A DNA stretch of 64,000 nucleotides from Bulleidia sp. (GTDB lineage: Bacteria > Bacteroidota > Bacteroidia > Bacteroidales > Bacteroidaceae): NCBI GenBank assembly GCA_963659135.1, contig CAVKSZ010000005.1:1565-65564 (forward strand). The letters run 5' to 3'. The notes below the pieces were generated by a model, which was not told the DNA's origin, made no database searches, and saw only the letters and a list, made by a program, of their open reading frames with translations. The position numbers were made by a program, and so were the translations under genes. Positions 58,646 to 64,000 of the stretch are shown in pieces; position 1 is the stretch's first letter, and each line of letters opens with the position of its first letter.

Positions 58646-59683
58646 TTATATAGAATTATTATTATCTGCCGAAGGGTGAATTATCTTGACAGACTCTTTG
58701 GTTATCATGGTTGGTGCCATAAATATGCGCGACTGTAGTTGTTTACCCTCTCTTATACAGTTTATCATCATCTTTACGGCAGCCAGCGCCATATTTTCTA
58801 CCGGTTGTGCTACGCGTGTGATAGGCGGATTCAGGTAGTCAAGAAATATACCATCGTCGAACGATACTACCGACATATCGTTGGGAATGGTCATGTTCTG
58901 TTCGCGAAGCGCCTTGATGGTTCCCAGCAGTATATTGGTACTCATGGTGAATATGGCGGTAGGTATGTTGTGGCCCGTCAGCGCCACCTTGGTTTCGGTA
59001 TATCCGTTCTGAATAGAAAACTCATTGCCCAGCATTTGCAGTTTTACGGGTTTGCCAAAGTCTACCACTGCCTTGCGGCATCCCTTCTCACGTTCTTGTG
59101 TGGTTATAGCCGTTTCGGGACCTTTAATGCACAATATATTACGGTGGCCAGCATTAAGCAGTGTCATGGTAGCATCGTATGCACCTTTGAAGTTGTTGGT
59201 TGATATGTAGGGTAGAAACGAGTTGTTGAAATATCGGTCAATGAGTATTATGGGGATATTCTTGCTTATTATCTCGAGTAGGTCGGGTGTTTCGGCGCAG
59301 GGTGCAATCAGTATACCGTTAACATCGTAGTCTACCATAGCCGAAATACATTTTTTCTCAATGTTGGCATCCTCTTGCGTGTCGAAGAGTATTACGTTGT
59401 AATTGCTTTTTTTGGCTTCTATGGCGATAGTAGATACCAGCTTGGCAAAAAACGGATTGCTCAAATAAGGTACGGCTACACCCAGCGTATGTCCCTCGGC
59501 TTTGCGCAAAAATTGTGCAACCAGATTGGGGCGATAATTCAGGTCTCTTGCGGCCGCAATTATCTGCTCGCAGGTGTCATCGTTAATACGGAATTCTTTA
59601 CCTTTTCCGTTGAGAACCCGAGAGATGGTGGTTTTTGAGTAGCCAGTCTTCTTAGATAGGTCTTCTAGCGTTTCTTTTTTCAT
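58646..59683 (-). CDS. LacI family transcriptional regulator (likely regulator of the ribose locus)
   Basis: TLEDLSKKTGYSKTTISRVLNG HTH, YRPN, NPFF and IPNDMSVVSFDD; start MKKET at 59683; -7 box TATCTTTG at 59715-59722. Confidence 0.92.
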   Translation of the reverse strand: MKKETLEDLSKKTGYSKTTISRVLNGKGKEFRINDDTCEQIIAAARDLNYRPNLVAQFLRKAEGHTLGVAVPYLSNPFFAKLVSTIAIEAKKSNYNVILFDTQEDANIEKKCISAMVDYDVNGILIAPCAETPDLLEIISKNIPIILIDRYFNNSFLPYISTNNFKGAYDATMTLLNAGHRNILCIKGPETAITTQEREKGCRKAVVDFGKPVKLQMLGNEFSIQNGYTETKVALTGHNIPTAIFTMSTNILLGTIKALREQNMTIPNDMSVVSFDDGIFLDYLNPPITRVAQPVENMALAAVKMMINCIREGKQLQSRIFMAPTMITKESVKIIHPSADNNNSI

Positions 59684-59826
59684 GTAGTATAGAGCGGTTA
59701 TAGTTTTCTTTGTCCAAAGATACGTTTTTTTGCGCTCCCTCGAAAAAAAAACAATAATTATTTTGTGCATGCTCTTATTTTTCCTACTTTAGCAAGGTCA
59801 ATTTGCATATTCTAACCAGGTTTACC

Positions 59827-60753
59827 ATGATAAAGAAAGAAAACAAGAAAATTCTAGTAGTAGGCAGTGCCAATACCGACCTTGTGATTTCGGCCGATCA
59901 TTTTCCTCTGCCTGGAGAAACCATGTTTGGCCACGGTTTTATGACCAATCATGGCGGAAAAGGCGCCAATCAGGCTGTAGCTTCGGCTCGCTTGGGTGGT
60001 GATACTGTATTTATAGGAAAGGTGGGTAACGACCAGTTTGGCAATTCTACCATAAGTATGCTTCAGAGCGAAGGTATCGACGTGTCGGCACTTAAAATCT
60101 CGCCCGACGCACCTTCGGGCGTGGCGCTCATTACAACTATAGCGAGTGGCGAAAATAGTATAGTGCTCGATTCGGGCGCTAACGCTTGTCTTACGGCCGA
60201 TGATGTGCGCGATGCCGAAGCTCTGTTTGCCGACGCCAGTATTGTACTGATGCAGCTTGAAACTCCCGTTGAAGCACTTACAGCCGCTGCCGAACTGGGC
60301 AAGAAAGCTGGTGCTTACGTAGTGCTTAATCCTGCTCCAGCACCCAAGACTCCGCTGCCCGAGGCTTTGCTCAAGAATGTAGACTTGCTTATTCCCAACG
60401 AGACAGAGGCTTCATACATCTCTGGTATTGAGATAAAGGGCGAGGCTGATATCCCCAAAGCCATAGACGAGATACAAAAACTTGGCGTAAAGGATGTTAT
60501 CATTACCGTGGGGAGCAAGGGCGTGTGTGCCCGAATAGATGGTAAGGTGGTAGATGTACCTGCCTTTAAGGTAAAGGCAGTAGATACAACAGCCGCTGGC
60601 GACACTTTCTGTGGTGCTCTTTGTGTGGCTCTGTCGCAAGGAAAGGCGCTGCCTGATGCTATACTCTTTGGCAACAAGGCTGCATCTATTTCGGTTACTC
60701 GGCGTGGTGCGCAGATGTCAATGCCACACATTGACGAAGTGCAGCTATCTTAA
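59827..60753 (+). CDS. rbsK: Ribokinase
   Basis: VVGSANTDL, GGKGANQAVA, MQLE, NPAP, PNETE and DTTAAGDTF motifs. Confidence 0.93.
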   Translation: MIKKENKKILVVGSANTDLVISADHFPLPGETMFGHGFMTNHGGKGANQAVASARLGGDTVFIGKVGNDQFGNSTISMLQSEGIDVSALKISPDAPSGVALITTIASGENSIVLDSGANACLTADDVRDAEALFADASIVLMQLETPVEALTAAAELGKKAGAYVVLNPAPAPKTPLPEALLKNVDLLIPNETEASYISGIEIKGEADIPKAIDEIQKLGVKDVIITVGSKGVCARIDGKVVDVPAFKVKAVDTTAAGDTFCGALCVALSQGKALPDAILFGNKAASISVTRRGAQMSMPHIDEVQLS

Positions 60754-60786
60754 AAATGAATTATTAACAATCTTAATCTTTTATAT

Positions 60787-61818
60787 ATGTTTATAGTTAG
60801 CAGTTATGCAGTAGCCTTGGTGCTCTGCGTGGTTACAATGCTCTGTTGGGGCTCGTGGGGAAATACCCAGAAACTTGCTGGAAAAACCTGGCGTTACGAA
60901 CTTTTCTATTGGGATTACGTTATCGGTATATTGGTATTCTCGTTGCTTATCGGCTTTACGCTGGGTAGTATTGGCGAGGGTGGTCGCAGTTTTGTACCCG
61001 ACCTTATGCAGGTGTCTGGAGCCAGCATCCTATCGGCCGTAGCTGGCGGTGTAATCTTCAACCTGTCTAATATTCTTCTATCGGCTTCCACCTCATTGGC
61101 CGGACTGTCTATAGCCTTCCCCGTAGGTTGTGGTTTGGCGCTGGTGTTGGGCGTAATTAATAATTATCTATTTGTTGGTGGCGATCAGGGCAACCCCGTA
61201 CTTATCTTCTCGGGTGTAGCATTGGTAATGATAGCACTTGTTCTCAACGGTGTAGCTGCCGCCAAGAAGGGCGATGGCGCTGCTGCCAAAGAAGAAAACA
61301 ACGCAGCTTCTACTGCCAAGAAGGGTATTGTGCTGGCTGTAATTGCCGGTGTGCTTATGTCTACTTTCTATGCACTTGTAGCCCGTGCCATGGACAACGA
61401 TAACTTTGAGAATCCAGCCCAAGGTTTGGCTACTCCATATACCGCTTTCTTCCTCTTTGCTGTAGGTATCTTTGTTAGCAACTTTGTATTCAATACCATA
61501 GTAATGAAGAAACCGTTCGAGGGCAAGCCCGTAGGCTACGATACCTACTTCAAGGGCAAACTGTCTACCCACATGGTAGGCGTACTTGGTGGTTGTGTAT
61601 GGGGATTGGGTACCGTTCTCAGCTATATAGCCAGTGGAAAGATTGGTGCATCTATCTCTTACGCTTTAGGACAGGGCGCGCCAATGATAGCAGCGCTTTG
61701 GGGTGTGTTTATATGGAAAGAATTCAAGGGCAGCAAGAGCATTGTCAATATACTGCTTACCCTTATGTTTGTGCTCTTTATAGTAGGTTTGGGCATGATA
61801 GCCATTGCAAAACAGTAA
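60787..61818 (+). CDS. GRP/DMT-family sugar (probably ribose) transporter
   Basis: CWGSWGNTQK, YELFYWDY, SYALGQGAPMIAALWGVFIWKEF; about 10 TM helices; follows rbsK. Confidence 0.85.
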   Translation: MFIVSSYAVALVLCVVTMLCWGSWGNTQKLAGKTWRYELFYWDYVIGILVFSLLIGFTLGSIGEGGRSFVPDLMQVSGASILSAVAGGVIFNLSNILLSASTSLAGLSIAFPVGCGLALVLGVINNYLFVGGDQGNPVLIFSGVALVMIALVLNGVAAAKKGDGAAAKEENNAASTAKKGIVLAVIAGVLMSTFYALVARAMDNDNFENPAQGLATPYTAFFLFAVGIFVSNFVFNTIVMKKPFEGKPVGYDTYFKGKLSTHMVGVLGGCVWGLGTVLSYIASGKIGASISYALGQGAPMIAALWGVFIWKEFKGSKSIVNILLTLMFVLFIVGLGMIAIAKQ

Positions 61819-61842
61819 TTTACCATTAAATATTTACTATAC

Positions 61843-63336
61843 ATGAAAACTTTAAGAGCCGGTACCTTGGCGTTTGCAGCACTTGTGGCTGTGGCCGCAT
61901 CGGCAAAAACAGTAACAATTAGTCGTGCCACCCTTCAAGATAAGATTAAAGGTGGATGGGCAGGACAAACTATAGGTTGTGCCTTTGGTGGACCTACCGA
62001 GTTCAAGTACAATGGAAAGATTATCCCTGATGAAACCAAGATAGTTTGGGACGATTCGCGCGTGAAATACTATTATGACAAGTTCCCCGGACTGTACGAC
62101 GATATCTATATGGACCTCACCTTTGTCGATGTGTTCGAAAAGAAAGGTCTTGATGCGCCTATCAGCGAATTTGCCAACGCCTTTGCCAATGCCAAGTATC
62201 CTCTGTGGCACGCCAACCAGAGTGCCCGCTACAATATTCTGCAGGGTATGGAGAGTCCGGCTACAGGTTATTGGAAGAATAATCCTCATGCCGACGATAT
62301 TGACTTTCAGATAGAGTCTGACTATGCCGGACTGATGAGCCCGGGTATGCCTCAGGCAGCCGCTCATTATGCCGATGCTATTGGCCACATGATGAACTAT
62401 GGCGACGGATGGTACGGCGGTGTATACGTGTCAACTATGTATACGCTGGCATTCCTTTCTAGCGATATAAACTATGTAGTTACCGAGGCACTCAAGGCTA
62501 TCCCTACTCAGTCTACTTTCTACCAGTGCCAGGCCGACGTTATTGCCGGTTTCAAAGCCGGTAAAGACTGGAAGACTCTTTGGAAAGAGATTCAGCAGAA
62601 GTGGGGCGAGACCGACCTTTGTCCCGATGGTGTGAGTGCTGCATTCAATATAGATGCCAAGATTAATAGTGCCTATGTTATCATGGGTCTGCTCTATGGC
62701 GGTGGCGATTATACCAAGACTATGGAGATATCTACCCGTTGCGGTCAGGATTCCGACTGTAACCCCTCTACCGCCGGTGGTATTCTGGGTGCCATGTTGG
62801 GATATAGCAATATTCCTGACTACTGGAAAAACTCGCTTAAGAGCATTGAAGACCGTCCGTTCGAATATACCGATATCTCACTTAATAAGGTTTATCAGCT
62901 GGGCATGAAGCATGCTCTGCAGGTGATAGCCAAGAATGGCGGTAAAGTTACCGATAAGGTAGTGAAAATTAAGACCCAGACCGTAAAACCCGTACGCTTT
63001 GAACAATCGTTCGAAGGATTGCAGCTGGTTAAGAAAGCTGGTATAAACAAGGCTCTTGACAAGGTGGGTGCCATTACCTTCAATGGTTGCGGTATAGTAG
63101 TTCGCGGCCACGTGCGCTCTAAAGACCCCAACTATGTAGGTCTGTTAGAGGTGTCTATCGACGGCAAGAAGATGGGCGTAGTTAAACTACCTGGTAACAA
63201 CCACAACCGTTCTAACGATATCTACTGGAACTTCGACTTGGAAGATGGCGACCATGTGCTTACCATGAAGCGCCTTAACCCCGAGGATAATGTAGAAACC
63301 AGTGCATACAGTTATATTACTTTCAAGAAGAAATAA
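61843..63336 (+). CDS. Secreted ADP-ribosylglycohydrolase family protein
   Basis: Signal peptide (AASA/K); DKIKGGWAGQTIG..FGGPTEF, YDDIYMD and CGQDSDCN acidic metal-binding motifs; C-terminal beta-rich domain. Confidence 0.85.
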   Translation: MKTLRAGTLAFAALVAVAASAKTVTISRATLQDKIKGGWAGQTIGCAFGGPTEFKYNGKIIPDETKIVWDDSRVKYYYDKFPGLYDDIYMDLTFVDVFEKKGLDAPISEFANAFANAKYPLWHANQSARYNILQGMESPATGYWKNNPHADDIDFQIESDYAGLMSPGMPQAAAHYADAIGHMMNYGDGWYGGVYVSTMYTLAFLSSDINYVVTEALKAIPTQSTFYQCQADVIAGFKAGKDWKTLWKEIQQKWGETDLCPDGVSAAFNIDAKINSAYVIMGLLYGGGDYTKTMEISTRCGQDSDCNPSTAGGILGAMLGYSNIPDYWKNSLKSIEDRPFEYTDISLNKVYQLGMKHALQVIAKNGGKVTDKVVKIKTQTVKPVRFEQSFEGLQLVKKAGINKALDKVGAITFNGCGIVVRGHVRSKDPNYVGLLEVSIDGKKMGVVKLPGNNHNRSNDIYWNFDLEDGDHVLTMKRLNPEDNVETSAYSYITFKKK

Positions 63337-63381
63337 GGATGGTTTTGTAATCATAACCTTATAGAAATGCGTTATTCATAG

Positions 63382-63435
63382 GCGGAGTGTTGAGGCTAAC
63401 CAGTAATGGTGAGTGGCAGCACTCCGTTTCTTTTT
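63382..63435 (+). terminator. Hairpin/terminator between the two ARH paralogs
   Basis: cggagtg...cactccg followed by a T-rich run. Confidence 0.55.
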
Positions 63436-63489
63436 ATGGCAATTCTATAAATTACCAACCCCACTTATAGTATCACTTAAAGTTAAAGA

Positions 63490-64000
63490 ATGAGTAAGAT
63501 GAGTAAGATAAAAATATTAATCGCTGTGCTCTTGATGATGGCTTCTGCCGCCAATGCCGCCAAAACAGTTACCCTGCAGCGCGCAGTAATGCAAGATAAG
63601 ATTATGGGCGGATGGGCCGGCAAAACCATTGGTTGCGCCTACGGCGGAGCTACCGAATTCAGATATACCGGCCGCATGATACCCGACTCTGTTGCCATAG
63701 CCTGGAGCGATACGCTGATACGACATTACTACGATACATATCCCGGACTGTACGATGATGTGTATATGGACCTTACCTTTGTAGATGTTTTCGAGAAGCA
63801 AGGTCTTAATGCGCCCACCGCAGCTTTCGCCCATGCCTTTGCCCATGCCGAATATCCCCTTTGGGCGGCTAATCAGGGTGCCCGTTACAACTATCTGCAA
63901 GGGCTGTTGCCACCAGCCACTGGCTATTGGAAGAATAATCCCCATGCCGACGATATAGACTTTCAGATAGAGGCCGACTATGCCGGAATTATGGCGCCCG
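63490..64000 (+). CDS. Second secreted ADP-ribosylglycohydrolase family protein, 3'-truncated by the window (absent from the ORF track)
   Basis: Manual translation MSKMSKIKILIAVLLMMASAANAAKTVTLQRAVMQDKIMGGWAGKTIGCAYGGATEF...PGLYDDVYMDLTFV...GYWKNNPHADDIDFQIEADYAG; open to the window end. Confidence 0.88.
   Translation, partial: MSKMSKIKILIAVLLMMASAANAAKTVTLQRAVMQDKIMGGWAGKTIGCAYGGATEFRYTGRMIPDSVAIAWSDTLIRHYYDTYPGLYDDVYMDLTFVDVFEKQGLNAPTAAFAHAFAHAEYPLWAANQGARYNYLQGLLPPATGYWKNNPHADDIDFQIEADYAGIMAP

Overview
Chromosomal window from a Bacteroidales bacterium, most likely Prevotellaceae. This is inferred from the TAnnTTTG/TTTG promoters, gene content and a Prevotella-type C-terminal secretion signal. 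It opens with the 3' 8.7 kb of a giant GLUG/BspA-LRR surface protein plus a small YxxP-leader peptide gene. Next come a dxs-araC-CMD/cupin operon, tRNA-Gln(TTG) and the rpoN-purE-ispG-PAP2 operon. The middle holds a 7-gene SpoIIM/DUF4129/DUF4350/MoxR/DUF58/RDD cluster, cobB, three FKBP PPIases, a lipoprotein serpin, GH31, GH97 and GH20 hydrolases, comF-recX-prmC, ribD, ettA, secDF, a rhomboid, hup and fucO. It ends with a LacI-ribokinase-GRP transporter locus carrying two tandem secreted ADP-ribosylglycohydrolase-family genes, the second cut by the window edge. No integrase, transposase, cas gene or rRNA is seen. The most striking unannotated signals are: (1) five intergenic arrays, each of four 16-bp quasi-palindromes (core ACGGCCGT) at a strict 22-bp period; (2) a companion dispersed AGAACCACCC motif; (3) a structured leader with mutually exclusive stems upstream of a YitT-type gene; (4) an 84-bp tandem MITE-like element. 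All calls come from motif recognition only; no database searches were run.
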